From an uncultured delta proteobacterium (GTDB lineage Bacteria; Desulfobacterota; Desulfomonilia; Desulfomonilales; Desulfomonilaceae): a stretch of DNA of 64,000 nt. The position numbers and the translations under genes are program-made. The stretch spans positions 224,001 through 288,000 of the forward strand of contig CAWBKB010000006.1 of NCBI GenBank assembly GCA_963789265.1. The letters run 5' to 3'. Position 1 is the stretch's first letter; each line of letters begins with the position of its first letter. Of the stretch, positions 1-10,801 are shown piece after piece. A model generated the notes under the pieces. The model made no database searches and had not been told where the DNA came from. It saw only the letters and a list, made by a program, of their open reading frames with translations.

Positions 1-116
1 CCAGTGGGACGGGCATCCTGCCCGTCGTCCATAATAGACAGGCAGGATGCCTGTCCCACTGTTTGCTCCTCGCAATGACATGAGAAAGAAAGTTCACCGC
101 GTAAGTAAATGGTTGC
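1..116. repeat. Right part of a REP/MITE mosaic (GTGGGAC-type hairpin, CTCCTCGCAATGAC arm, CGCGTAAGT..ATGGTTGC end)
   Basis: Hairpin 1-61; 61-116 matches the right end of the element at 9717-9860. Confidence 0.7.
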
Positions 117-135
117 GTGAAAGGAGTCTAACCAC

Positions 136-1026
136 TTGCCTGAAGGGGTACTTTACTTCTTGCAGCTTGTTATTTCCGGCCTCGCAGTGGGAAGCTTATA
201 TGCGCTGGTCGCTCTAGGTTTCGTCCTGGTTTACAAGGCCACGGACATCCTTAACTTCGCACACGGTGAAGCGATGCTGCTGGGCGCGCTGGTTTGTTAT
301 GCGCTAATAGTGTCGGGTGTTCCATTCTTCTGGGCGGTCGTGATGACCTGCGCGATCGCTTTGATCATGGGTCTGATCACTGAGCGCCTCGTGCTCAGGC
401 CCATGATCGGAGAACCGCAATTTGCAGTGGTTATGGTCACTATAGGGCTCTCCATATTCTTGCGGAGCGTCGCGGGAATTATCTTCGGGCACGACAACAA
501 AGTTTTCCCGGCCCCGTTTGCCCAAGGGGCACTGAATTTTAAGGGGTTGGTCCTGTCACATGCTCATCTCTGGGCGATGGCTGTATCCGTGGTAATGGTG
601 ATTCTGTTCTTTCTTTTCTTTAGGTATTCACGCGTGGGACTCTCCATGCGCGGGGTGGCCAACGACCAGGATACGGCCATGTTGATGGGCATCAGCGTCA
701 AGAGAGTGTTTGCACTTGCCTGGGGCATTTCATTCGCCATCGCCGGCGTTGCCGGGATCTTCCTGGCCAGCGTGATGGTGCTGAACATCGCTCTGAGCCT
801 GGTGGCCATCAAAGCATTTCCCGCTGTCATACTGGGAGGGCTGGAAAGCATTCCCGGGGCCATTATCGGTGGATTCGTGATAGGAGTGGTCGAGACTTTG
901 GCGGGGGGCTATTTAGAGCAAACCTTGCCGGGTGTGACAGACGTGACATCTTTTGTCGTCCTCTTCCTGGTTCTTATGATTAGGCCGTACGGCCTTTTTG
1001 GCAAAGAGGAACTGGAACGGGTTTAG
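136..1026 (+). CDS. livH: Branched-chain amino acid (LIV/HAAT-type) ABC transporter permease, LivH-like
   Basis: GSLYALVALGFVLVYKATDILNFAHGE and GLSMRGVANDQDTAMLMGIS motifs; multi-TM; SD AAGGAG before a TTG start. Confidence 0.9.
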   Translation: MPEGVLYFLQLVISGLAVGSLYALVALGFVLVYKATDILNFAHGEAMLLGALVCYALIVSGVPFFWAVVMTCAIALIMGLITERLVLRPMIGEPQFAVVMVTIGLSIFLRSVAGIIFGHDNKVFPAPFAQGALNFKGLVLSHAHLWAMAVSVVMVILFFLFFRYSRVGLSMRGVANDQDTAMLMGISVKRVFALAWGISFAIAGVAGIFLASVMVLNIALSLVAIKAFPAVILGGLESIPGAIIGGFVIGVVETLAGGYLEQTLPGVTDVTSFVVLFLVLMIRPYGLFGKEELERV

Positions 1027-1076
1027 GCCGAGCCGAGCCAACCTGGCGGCCTGCCCATTCATCCGGAAGGAATCCA

Positions 1077-2123
1077 ATGAGAAGCAAGACCTTCAGGGAG
1101 TCCTATCGGGAAGATATAAGAATCTTCCAAACTATCTGGGTGAAGTTCTGCCTTGCTTTGTTCATTGTCGTTCTTCTGTCCGTACCATTTTGGGCCGATC
1201 CTTATATTGTGTACATGATCAACACTTCGGGGATAGCCATCATTGCCGCCATGGGATTGAATATTCTCACGGGTCTTACCGGACAAATATCCTTGGGGCA
1301 CGCGGCCTTTGTAGCCCTTGGGGCCTACACTTCGGCAATACTTGCCACCAGGCTGAATATGCCTTTTTGGCTCACGATTCCCAGCGGAGGAGTTGTGGCT
1401 GCATTCTTCGGCACTCTTCTGGGATTCCCCTGTCTTCGTCTGAAGGGTCTGTACCTGGCTATGGCCACGATGTCATTCGGCGTAGTAGTCGAATACGCCG
1501 TGACGCATTTGGACTCGCTGACTATGGGAGTACGCGGAATCTCGGTTCCTCCTCCGACGATATTTGGCTTCACTCTTGATGACCCGTCCCGGTTGTTCTA
1601 TGTCACGATCTTCTTTGTGGGCTTGCTGACCATAGCCGCCAAGAATATCGCCAGAACCAGATTGGGCCGGGCGTTTGTGGCGATCCGCGATCGGGATGTG
1701 GCAGCCGGCGTGATCGGTGTGAATTTGACAAAATATAAAGTAATGGCCTTTGCGATAGCCGCGTTTTACGGCGGCGTGGCCGGTGGCCTCTATTCTTATT
1801 CCACGGGATATCTGAACCCTGAGAGTTTCACGCTTCTGCTCTCCATAGAATACATAGCCATGATAATCATAGGCGGCCTGGGCTCGATCCTCGGGTCGAT
1901 TTTGGGGGCTGTGTTTCTCACGGTTACGCCTGACATTATAAAAAGTATCGCGGACTTCGCGGGCCAACATATCGTATTCCTCCAAGGCCGGTACGACGAA
2001 GAATGGAACGTAGCCGCGTTCGGCCTTCTCATAATGATCTTCTTAATCGTCGAACCGACGGGTCTCAACGGCATCTGGTCGCGCATTAAGACCAGCTTCA
2101 GGAACTGGCCCTTCACTTACTGA
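1077..2123 (+). CDS. livM: LIV-type ABC transporter permease, LivM-like
   Basis: GLNILTGLTGQISLGHAAF, RLKGLYLAMAT and GRAFVAIRDRDVAA motifs. Confidence 0.9.
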   Translation: MRSKTFRESYREDIRIFQTIWVKFCLALFIVVLLSVPFWADPYIVYMINTSGIAIIAAMGLNILTGLTGQISLGHAAFVALGAYTSAILATRLNMPFWLTIPSGGVVAAFFGTLLGFPCLRLKGLYLAMATMSFGVVVEYAVTHLDSLTMGVRGISVPPPTIFGFTLDDPSRLFYVTIFFVGLLTIAAKNIARTRLGRAFVAIRDRDVAAGVIGVNLTKYKVMAFAIAAFYGGVAGGLYSYSTGYLNPESFTLLLSIEYIAMIIIGGLGSILGSILGAVFLTVTPDIIKSIADFAGQHIVFLQGRYDEEWNVAAFGLLIMIFLIVEPTGLNGIWSRIKTSFRNWPFTY

Positions 2124-2202
2124 AATGCAGCTCACATTGGTTTGGTCGGAAGATAGCGGTCCCGCAGTGAATGAACCATCGAACTTCAAGGAGGAAGGTA
2201 GA

Positions 2203-3408
2203 ATGAACGGCAAGAGGAGCTGGGCAGTAGTTGCATTCCTGGTGATCTGTCTCGGGGTGTTGTGCGCTGCGAACGCGCTGGCTCAAGCCCGAGGTGTTAC
2301 CAAAAACACCATTAAAATTGGTAATATCCTTGTCAAGACGGGGCCGGTAGCGGCCCTCGGGCTTCCCGACGGATGGGGTATGCAAGACGTCTTCAACTCG
2401 ATCAACGAAAAAGGAGGAATAAACGGGCGCAAGATAGAGTGGATTTGGGAGGATGACCAGTTCAAGACACCCTTGGCCATCGCCGCGTTCAACAAGTTGA
2501 TCTATCGTGACAAGGTGCTGGGCATAGTAACCTGCGGGGGGACACCGCAGACCATAGCGCTAATGGATTTGATCAACAAAGACAAGGTGGTCAATATTCC
2601 TAACGCTCTCGCGGATGAAATGTACAAACCGTACAAGCCTTATATATTTATCCTGGGAGCTACATACGAAACTCAGATCCAACTCATGTTCGACTACATT
2701 ATGCACGATTTGAAGGCAAAGAACCCGAGAATTGCCGTGGTCTACGCTGAGACCGAATTCGGTAAGAAAGGTCTGGAGGCCGCAAAGAAACGAGCCAAGC
2801 AGTACGGAATCAAATTGGTTTCAGAACTGGTTCTCAATATCGGCTCGGTGGATGCCAGCTCGCAGGTGTTATCACTGAAGAAAGACAATGTGGACTATGT
2901 AATAACCTGCAATCTCGTTCCCCCTATCATCACGCTTCTCAAAACCGCCCAAAAATACGACTATTGGCCGATGACCTTCGGCATAAACTGGTCTTGCGAC
3001 AATGCAGTTGTAAGGGCTTGCAAGAGCGCTGCCAAGAATTACATTGGCGTAAATTTTGTCGGCGGATGGCACGACGATGCTGCCGGCATGAAACGGGTGA
3101 GAGAATTGGCCAAGAAGAACGGCCGCGACCCCGACAAGATGCTGACGTCACTTTACACTCACGGCGCAGCCACCGCTATCGTGTATGCCGAAGGGCTGAA
3201 ACGTGCGGGGAAAAACCTCACTCCCGATTCTTTCAAAGGCGCCCTGGAGACCCTCAAAGACTTTGACACCGGCGGGGTAGTTCCTCCTGTGACTTTCACA
3301 TCGACCAGTCACGCGCCCAGCCCTATTTCACGGCTTTATCGTGCAGATCCGACCAAAGGGGCCATGATACCCGTAACAGGCTGGAGGAAGCCGATGGAGA
3401 TGAAATAG
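2203..3408 (+). CDS. ABC transporter substrate-binding protein (LivK/Peripla_BP_6 family), copy 1
   Basis: Signal peptide; GVTKNTIKIG, INEKGGINGRKIE, EDDQF motifs; ATG at 2203 after GAGGAAGG. Confidence 0.88.
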   Translation: MNGKRSWAVVAFLVICLGVLCAANALAQARGVTKNTIKIGNILVKTGPVAALGLPDGWGMQDVFNSINEKGGINGRKIEWIWEDDQFKTPLAIAAFNKLIYRDKVLGIVTCGGTPQTIALMDLINKDKVVNIPNALADEMYKPYKPYIFILGATYETQIQLMFDYIMHDLKAKNPRIAVVYAETEFGKKGLEAAKKRAKQYGIKLVSELVLNIGSVDASSQVLSLKKDNVDYVITCNLVPPIITLLKTAQKYDYWPMTFGINWSCDNAVVRACKSAAKNYIGVNFVGGWHDDAAGMKRVRELAKKNGRDPDKMLTSLYTHGAATAIVYAEGLKRAGKNLTPDSFKGALETLKDFDTGGVVPPVTFTSTSHAPSPISRLYRADPTKGAMIPVTGWRKPMEMK

Positions 3409-3566
3409 GGAAGGGCCTATTGCAATTGTTTATAGTATTATCAATTGAATGTGCCTGCGCACAGGCGTCTCATCGCGGCGCCCCATTGCCCAAGGTAAGG
3501 ACTAATCGGCCTTTTTCGTTCTGTAACAATGGATAATCCGCCAATACTTTGAGAAGGGAGAGAACG

Positions 3567-4773
3567 ATGAACCGTAAGCGGAATCTGGCACTAATTGGAT
3601 TCTTCATAATCTGTCTTGGACTCATGTCGGTCACGACTGCGTTTTCTGAAGTCCGGGGCGTCAGCAAGGACAAAATCGAGTTAGGTATGATCCTTGTGAA
3701 AACCGGGCCGGTGGCGGCCCTCGGGCTCCCCGACGGTTGGGGAGTACAAGATGTAATCTCCTCGATCAACCAGGAAGGAGGGATCGCCGGAAGGAAGATA
3801 GATTTCATTTGGGAAGACGATCAGTGGAAAACCCCTCTGGCCATCTCCGCATTCAACAAGCTGATTTACCGTGACAAAGTGCTGGGGATAGTCACCATCG
3901 CCGGCACGGCACAGAATATCGCGCTAATGGATCAGATCGACAAGGATAAGGTGGTTACTATTCCGGACGCTCTGGCGACGGAATTCTACAAACCCTACAA
4001 ACCTTATATATTCGTGCTGGGCGCTACCTACGAAACTCAGGTCAAGCTCATGTTCGACTACATTATGAAAGACCTGAAGGTAAAGAACCCGAGAATAGGC
4101 GTGGTTTATGCTGAGACTGAGTTCGGCAAGAAAGGCCTCGAAGCGGCTCGGAAGAGAGCAAAGCAGTACGGCTTGAAGCTGGTTTCCGAAGTGGTTCTTA
4201 ACACCTGCGCGGTGGATGCCAGCTCACAAGTGCTGTCGCTGAAAAAAGACCATGTGGACTACGTGGTGACTTGCAATCTGGCCCCGTCGACCATTACGTT
4301 CCTAAAAACCGCCGAAAAGTACCGAGTATCGGCCCACGACTTTCGGCGTAAACTGGGCTTGCGACAATGTAGTCGTAAAGGCCTGCGGGGCTGCGGCGAA
4401 GAATTACATAGGTGTAAATTTCGTCGGCGGATGGACGGATGACAGTCCGGGCATGAAGCGAGTCCGAGCACTGGCGAAGAAAAATGGTCGTGATCCTGAC
4501 AAGATGCTTACTTCGCTGTACATACACGGCGTAGCAATGGCCACCGTATACGCTGAAGGACTGAAGCGGGCAGGCAAAGATCTGACTTCGGATTCGTTCA
4601 AAAAGGCCCTGGAGACCCTCAAAGACTTCGACACCGGGGGTATGATTCCTCCTATAACCTTCACATCAACCAGTCACGCGCCAAGCCCTCTTGCGCGACT
4701 TTATCGCGCGGACCCGGACAAAGGCGCTATGATACCGATAACAGGCTGGAGGAAGCCCTTGGATTTGAAATAG
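3567..4773 (+). pseudogene. ABC substrate-binding protein, copy 2 (close paralogue); +1 frameshift at about 4322, probably an assembly error
   Basis: Colinear with copy 1 throughout; removing one C in AAGTAC(C)GAG joins ORFs 3549-4442 and 4453-4773 and restores ...KYEYRPTTFGVNWACD... Confidence 0.85.
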
Positions 4774-4937
4774 CTGCGCCGAATGACTAGTGTGCAAGTG
4801 CGAACCACGGCAAGAAATCGGCCCCAAAAGGCTCGGCATCGAGGAAACAGATCCACTGTTGCCGACTCGCCGAATTCGTTCGATTCAGAGGTGTCGGCAC
4901 AGGTCATGACAGACTGTGCCTTCACTCTCTTCCGAGG

Positions 4938-5735
4938 TCATTTTCCTTCCCACCGGGGCTTTCTCTTCTCCGCGAAAGCCCTGGGACCTTCGGTATAATC
5001 ATGCGTATGCGGCAGAAGTTCTTGAATGGAATATCTTCTTCTGAGAAAGGCTTCTTCGAGCGGATAACTCATTCCCTCCAGGGCGCACTGCTTAATTGCT
5101 CGGATGGATAGGGGCGCACACGCTAGAATAGCGGAGATCCACTTCTCGACCGCAGGCATCAATTCCTTCGCAGGAGCGACTTCATTTACGAGGCCCAGGG
5201 AATATGCTTCCTGAGCAGTGATCCGTTTGCACGTCATCATCATGCCCATGGCCAATTTGAGAGGTATGTGTCGGGGAAGTCTATGTACGCCGCCGGCACC
5301 CGGGATTAGACCTACGGAGGCTTCAGGGAGTCCAAAGGTGGCATGATCCGCGGCTATAACGATGTCCGAAGCCAACACAATCTCAAATCCGCCTCCCAGG
5401 GCATATCCGTTCACGGCCGCAATAATTGGTTTGTAGCAGTCGAAACGTGTGGTGATTCCGCCGAATCCCCCTTTACCGACCAGTCTGTACTCCTTGGCAA
5501 TGCGCTCTCCACCCACCTGAGCCTGATATTTCAGATCATTCCCCGCTGAGAAAGCGCGCTCGCCTGCACCCGTTATCACTGCAATCCAGCAAGAAGGGTC
5601 CTTGTCGAAATCATCAAAGGCATCACCGAGTTCTCTACTCGTGGCAGGATGTATTGCATTCATGACTTCCGGTCGGTTAACGGTCACGTATGCGACTCGA
5701 TCCTTCTTTTCATAAGTAATGTATTCGTAGTCCAT
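4938..5735 (-). CDS. Enoyl-CoA hydratase/isomerase (crotonase family)
   Basis: AFSAGNDLK, KPIIAAVNGYALGGGFE and FGLPEASVGL motifs with both catalytic Glu. Confidence 0.92.
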   Translation of the reverse strand: MDYEYITYEKKDRVAYVTVNRPEVMNAIHPATSRELGDAFDDFDKDPSCWIAVITGAGERAFSAGNDLKYQAQVGGERIAKEYRLVGKGGFGGITTRFDCYKPIIAAVNGYALGGGFEIVLASDIVIAADHATFGLPEASVGLIPGAGGVHRLPRHIPLKLAMGMMMTCKRITAQEAYSLGLVNEVAPAKELMPAVEKWISAILACAPLSIRAIKQCALEGMSYPLEEAFLRRRYSIQELLPHTHDYTEGPRAFAEKRKPRWEGK

Positions 5736-5843
5736 CTCTCTCCTCTCGTAAAGTTCAGGTAAAACGTCACAACATTTTGCGGGGGTATCAAGGATCGTAT
5801 CGCCCCTCCGATAGGATATAAGACCCCCAAGAGCTGTGGAATG

Positions 5844-5871
5844 ATTCTATTTTATAAGTATATATGTCAAG
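5844..5871 (-). promoter_or_regulatory. Promoter/operator motif CTTGACATATATAC upstream of the enoyl-CoA hydratase
   Basis: Identical 14-mer to 7151-7164 and 16248-16261; contains a TTGACA -35 box. Confidence 0.65.
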
Positions 5872-6268
5872 CGAAAAATCCCGCATCACACCAATCGACC
5901 CGCAAACGGCGTAATGTCAAGATCATAGGCCAGTCAGGGCCTCCGGGGCAGTCACTCCCAGGCATAGCCCGTGATCGAAAAAACGAATAATTACCGATAT
6001 GGCGTCTTTCCGCCCCGCGTATCAGCGGGGGCCATCGCAGCCGACTACTTTTCTGTATGCATTCAGTTACAGCCGGAATTTGCGGGTGGCTTCGTGGGGT
6101 GGGCTTTCTAGCCCGCCATTGAACAGCGCTTTGCCCGGCAGGCTGGAAAGCCTGCCCCACAAGACTGAATGGTTACACTTTTCTCTGTATTTTCCTTGAC
6201 CGCTCCCTTTGCGTATCTTATAATATATATATCGAACATATCAAATGATTGCAGTGGATTGGATCAAC

Positions 6269-6844
6269 ATGTCCATTAAATATGCTATCCTCGGCCTACT
6301 TCATTACAAAAATATGTACGGATATGAGATCAAGAACCACATCGAAGAAAACTTTGCCTTCATGTGGACGGTCAATTACGGACAGATTTATACCAGCTTG
6401 AAGAACTTGACGGACGAGGGTCTAATCAAGCTCGATGAGGTGGTTCCATCCGAAAGCGGGGCGCCTCATAAGAAACTTTATTCGCTGACTCAGAAGGGGA
6501 GGGATGAATTCAAGAAGTGGATGAAGACTTCTCCTGAAAAGAAGATGATTCTCCGAGATCCCTTCATGATGCAATTCATCTTCTTCGGGTTTGTAGAGGC
6601 GGAAGACGCAGTCAAGTTCATCGATGAGCAAATTGAGACCTATGAAATGGAACTTGCGAGCAAGAAGGAGGACTGGCTTCGGTGGAAGGATAGAGGCATC
6701 TACGTCTCATTAGCAAGAGAACTGGGAATTAACTACAGAGAACTATACTTGAACTGGCTTTACAAAACGCGGCACATAATTAGGGCTTCGACGGCCAAAG
6801 ACTCAACTTTGAAAAAAAGACGTAAGTCTGCGAGAAACAAGTAG
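6269..6844 (+). CDS. PadR-family transcriptional regulator with C-terminal AphA/Vir_act-like domain
   Basis: IKYAILGLL..MYGYEI, GQIYTSLKNL, KKLYSLTQKGR winged-helix signature. Confidence 0.92.
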   Translation: MSIKYAILGLLHYKNMYGYEIKNHIEENFAFMWTVNYGQIYTSLKNLTDEGLIKLDEVVPSESGAPHKKLYSLTQKGRDEFKKWMKTSPEKKMILRDPFMMQFIFFGFVEAEDAVKFIDEQIETYEMELASKKEDWLRWKDRGIYVSLARELGINYRELYLNWLYKTRHIIRASTAKDSTLKKRRKSARNK

Positions 6845-7150
6845 ACAGATCCTCTATCAGGCAGACTAAGATTGTCTTCTATATCCGGATTTGGCGCACA
6901 CTTACCCGCACACTTCCCACAAAATACTTTCAATTCAAATCTGTTCAAATCGAAATCCGGTTGGTTTAAGCAGAGTCTTGTTGCGTTCCGGTGCCGTAAT
7001 CTATTTGGGAATTGTGCACTTGATATACCTGGTTTCGCCACTTTCCACTCTCGCCAGGTTTTTGTAGGAGTGGGTTTGAAACCCACCCCTACCATTGGAA
7101 TGGTTAATCTCACGAAAAGTCCGGGAATGACGTTCCGACGGGGGGTATTT

Positions 7151-7180
7151 CTTGACATATATACAATCAACATATATTAA
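7151..7180 (+). promoter_or_regulatory. Promoter/operator CTTGACATATATAC-AATCA-ACATATATTAA upstream of the acyl-CoA dehydrogenase pair
   Basis: TTGACA, 17 nt, TATTAA; motif shared with two other promoters. Confidence 0.65.
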
Positions 7181-7335
7181 ATAGTCTAAGTCCCGCGGCC
7201 GCTGAGCCATGCCCGCCTGTCGGCGTGACGACACGCCACACTGCGGCTGCGGTCCGTCAATCTTTCTCATGTCTCACCGCCCGGCTTATCACCTGCGGGC
7301 AGGCAGGCAGAAAGGAAAGAAGGAGGAGAAATCCA

Positions 7336-8454
7336 ATGGCCGAATTTACATTAGACGAAGATCGGAAGCAGATCCAGGACATGATGCACAAATTTGCCGA
7401 AAAGGAACTAAGGCCCATTGCAAGATCTTGCGATGAAAAGGATGAGCTGCCGGCCGATCTTCTAGAGAAGGTTTGGCAGTTGGGGTTCTGTCCAAACATC
7501 ATCCCTGAAAAATTCGGAGGATACGAGACGGGCCGTTCTGCCCTCACCGCAGCAATCATGGTCGAAGAGCTGGCTTGGGGCGACGTGGCCCTGACAGTCG
7601 GTGCCCTTTCGCCGTTGTTGATGGCGGTACCTGTTCTCGAATTTGGAACTGACGAGCAAAAGAAAGAATGGCTGCCGAAGTTCTGCGGGGAGAAGTTTTA
7701 CCCGGCTACTGCGGCCCTAATGGAGCCCAGGATCACGTTTGAACCGACCATTTTGCAGGCCACCGTGGAGATGCACAAAGACGTTATGGTTCTGAACGGG
7801 GCCAAGTGCATGGTACCGCTGGCCGAGCGGGCCGAGCGGGCCGAGCAAATCTTGGTGTATGCCACAGCGGCCAAAGGGTCCGGAGTGGCCGCCATCGAAG
7901 CAATTATCGTGGACAGGAACACACCCGGTGTATTGATCGGCGAACGGGAGAAACACATGGGCCTGAAGCCGTTACCTCTCTTTCCGGTAAATTTCAAGGA
8001 GGTTGAGGTTCCCAGATTGCGGCGACTTGGGGGAGATGCTGGCATCAACTTCATGAGATTGCTCAATCTTTCCCGGGCCAATCTCTGTGCTATGGCGGTT
8101 GGGATTTCCCGAGCGTCGAACGAATATGCCATCAAATACGCCAAAGAACGGCTTGCTTTTGGAGAGCCGGTGGCTAGCAGACAGGCCGTGGCCTGGATGC
8201 TGGGCGAATCGGCCATCGAGGTGGCGGGAATGAGGCTGCTGGCATGGCGGGCTGCATGGCGTTTGGACGGTAATGAAGATGCTACGCGCGAAGCCGGTCT
8301 AGCCAAAATGTACTGTGCGGAAAAGACGATGCTGATAACAGACTACGGAGTCCAGGTGTTGGGAGGGCATGGTTACATTCGTGAACATCCGGTGGAATTG
8401 TATTTCAGGAACGGTCGTGCCTTTGATGTAATGGAAGGAACCGCCATCGGCTGA
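7336..8454 (+). CDS. Acyl-CoA dehydrogenase (FadE24-like subunit)
   Basis: EELAWGD, YAKERLAFGEPV, QVLGGHGYIREHPVE; short C-terminus ending MEGTAIG; SD AGGAGG. Confidence 0.88.
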   Translation: MAEFTLDEDRKQIQDMMHKFAEKELRPIARSCDEKDELPADLLEKVWQLGFCPNIIPEKFGGYETGRSALTAAIMVEELAWGDVALTVGALSPLLMAVPVLEFGTDEQKKEWLPKFCGEKFYPATAALMEPRITFEPTILQATVEMHKDVMVLNGAKCMVPLAERAERAEQILVYATAAKGSGVAAIEAIIVDRNTPGVLIGEREKHMGLKPLPLFPVNFKEVEVPRLRRLGGDAGINFMRLLNLSRANLCAMAVGISRASNEYAIKYAKERLAFGEPVASRQAVAWMLGESAIEVAGMRLLAWRAAWRLDGNEDATREAGLAKMYCAEKTMLITDYGVQVLGGHGYIREHPVELYFRNGRAFDVMEGTAIG

Positions 8455-8532
8455 TTCGAAGGAAATCTCAGCCCGAATTGCATGCTCACAACTTACAGCA
8501 TAGCTTGAAGGCTTTGGAACAACGGAGGAAGT

Positions 8533-9708
8533 ATGATTGATTTTTCATTTACGGCAAAGACGTTGAAGGCAAAGAAGTTGGCGCATGCGTCGGGGGAGTA
8601 CTTGCGCAGCATTTCCCGTTACTACGACGAGCATGAACATCAGGAACTGAAAGCCGACGAGATACAGCACATAAGAAATAACGAAAGAGCCGTTCTGGCC
8701 GCATTGTCCGAGCCAGGGGAGGGTGATGGTCCATTCCTGACCTCCATAGTCTTGAGTGAAGAACGGTCCATGGGGGATCCCACCATACCGAAGACAGTCT
8801 CCAATGTCGGCCTAGGGAATGCCGCAATCAGAGCCGTCGCTACACCGGAGCAGAAAGCACGCTTCGAGCACCTTTTTTGCGCTATGGCCATCACCGAGAC
8901 AGGTTGCGGTTCCGACACCGCTGCCGTGTCCACTACGGCCAAGCTTGACCCGGAAACCAAAGAATGGGTTCTGAACGGCGAGAAGATCTTCGTGACCTCA
9001 GGGAAACGTTGCGATGCGGTCGTGGTCTGGGCCACACTTGAAAAGAGCAAAGGCCGAGCGGCTATTAAAAGTTTTGTGGTTGAAAAATTTCGAAAGGGCA
9101 TAACCGTAACAAAACTGGAAGACAAGTTGGGAATCAGAGTATCGGATACCGCGGCGATCGTCCTGGATGATTGCCGCATTCCCTACGATAACATCCTCGG
9201 TTCACCGGATATTAAAGAAGCCAGGGGCGGACAGGCAGGTGTTTTGGCGACCTTTGATGCCACGAGACCCGCTGTGGCCATTCAAGCCATCGGCGTGGCC
9301 AGGGCTGCTCTGGAATTCACTAAGGGCAAATTGGAGGAAGTCGGATATACCTTTCCCTACGACAGGGGCATTCACTCTCTGAGTGCCGTTCAGAAGGAAG
9401 TGTTGGATATGGAGGCTAACCTCGATGTGGCTCGGCTTCTTGTCTGGCAATCTGCCTCAATGCTCGACAAGCGGGTGAGAAACAGCCTGGCTTCCTCAAT
9501 GGGAAAGGCCAAAGCCGGCAAAGCGGCAACTCAGGTCTGCCGGAGATGTGTGGCTCTTCTCGGACCTCTAGGTTACTCGCGTGAATGGCTGGTCGAGAAA
9601 TGGATGCGTGATTGCAAGATCAATGACATTTTTGAAGGAACAGGCCAGATTCAGATGCTGGTGGTCTGCCGCCAGATCCTGGGATTTACTCGGGAGCAGT
9701 TAAAGTGA
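8533..9708 (+). CDS. Acyl-CoA dehydrogenase (FadE23-like subunit)
   Basis: AMAITETGCGSD, LNGEKIFVT, KLGIRVSDT, FDATRP and DIFEGTGQIQ motifs. Confidence 0.9.
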   Translation: MIDFSFTAKTLKAKKLAHASGEYLRSISRYYDEHEHQELKADEIQHIRNNERAVLAALSEPGEGDGPFLTSIVLSEERSMGDPTIPKTVSNVGLGNAAIRAVATPEQKARFEHLFCAMAITETGCGSDTAAVSTTAKLDPETKEWVLNGEKIFVTSGKRCDAVVVWATLEKSKGRAAIKSFVVEKFRKGITVTKLEDKLGIRVSDTAAIVLDDCRIPYDNILGSPDIKEARGGQAGVLATFDATRPAVAIQAIGVARAALEFTKGKLEEVGYTFPYDRGIHSLSAVQKEVLDMEANLDVARLLVWQSASMLDKRVRNSLASSMGKAKAGKAATQVCRRCVALLGPLGYSREWLVEKWMRDCKINDIFEGTGQIQMLVVCRQILGFTREQLK

Positions 9709-9716
9709 CGATAGTG

Positions 9717-9860
9717 AGCATCCACTTACGCGCGGGAAGGGATTGTCATTGCGAGCGAAGCGAAGCAATCTTTTCCTTTAAACGCCGCTTAGATTGCTTC
9801 GTCGTTTCACTCCTCGCAATGACAAGGGTAAAAGCTGCCTCGCGTAAGTGAATGGTTGCT
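9717..9860. repeat. MITE-like shell (CACTTACGCG...CGCGTAAGTG) enclosing a GTCATTGCGAG...CTCGCAATGAC palindromic unit
   Basis: Terminal inverted arms; the internal unit at 9745-9823 recurs at 19405, 42806 and 63033. Confidence 0.75.
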
Positions 9861-10033
9861 GACGATAGACTCTTTTCCTAGTAATAGCTTTTCTCGAACA
9901 GTAATTGCCGATTCAGAAAATGCGGTGCACCAAATTGTTAAAAGTCTTTGCCGGAAAGGTCCGGAAAAACCGGCTTTTTTCAAAAAGCGGGTTTTCCGGT
10001 GTTTCGGACAGAAACTTTTGAGATTTGGTCTAA

Positions 10034-10801
10034 TTACTTCCAACCACTTCGAGCCCCACGACCCATTCCCAGAGGCCCGGCGGGCCAATTGAACCCGGTC
10101 ATCATCACATTGTCCACGTCTTCGGCCGTGGCTATGCCCTCCTTAACGATTTTCATCGCTTCCCGCCTCAGGGCTCTGTATATACGGTTACCAACAAAGC
10201 CGGTATCACCGGGAACGTCCTTGACCTTCACCGTCAATTTGCCCAACCTCCGACCAAACTCCATCATAATCTCAACCACCTCTGGAAGGGCTTCTGCGGT
10301 CCAGATTACCTCACACCCCTTCATAAGACTCGCCGGGCTGAAGAAGTGCATACCAACAAAGCGGTCCCTACGAGTGGTAGCCGCAGCCAGATCCACGATG
10401 GTAAAGAACGAGGTATTGCTCGCGAAAATTGCTTCTCTCTTCACGATATTGTCCATTTCCCCTATAACCTTGAGCTTCAGGCCCTTATCCTCCAGGGCGC
10501 CGGCCGCTCCGCCGATTGCCTCGATCAAAATGTCTACGTCTTGCATATCCTCGACTTTGCTGGTGGCGGTAAACAGTGTCATCGCCCCTTCAACCTGATC
10601 CTGAGTCAACTTGCCTCGCTTAACACCGCTTTCCAGGCCGAAGCGCCCATTTAGGATACCGTCCTTTGCTTTGGCGGCACGCTCATCCGTCAGATCACGG
10701 CAAATGACTTTATAACCGGCCAAAATTGCACACTGGCTAATCCCTTGTCCCATCACACCGCCACCGAGCACTCCGATCTTCCTGATGTCGTCAATGTTCA
10801 T
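10034..10801 (-). CDS. 3-hydroxyacyl-CoA dehydrogenase
   Basis: GGGVMGQGI Rossmann motif; FASNTS, GMHFFSPA, GFVGNRI, GFNWPAGPL. Confidence 0.92.
   Translation of the reverse strand: MNIDDIRKIGVLGGGVMGQGISQCAILAGYKVICRDLTDERAAKAKDGILNGRFGLESGVKRGKLTQDQVEGAMTLFTATSKVEDMQDVDILIEAIGGAAGALEDKGLKLKVIGEMDNIVKREAIFASNTSFFTIVDLAAATTRRDRFVGMHFFSPASLMKGCEVIWTAEALPEVVEIMMEFGRRLGKLTVKVKDVPGDTGFVGNRIYRALRREAMKIVKEGIATAEDVDNVMMTGFNWPAGPLGMGRGARSGWK

Noticed and set aside
7185..7335. GC-rich 5' leader of the ACAD operon as a riboswitch
   Set aside because: Only short hairpins with no match to aptamer consensus sequences I know; cmscan would be needed.
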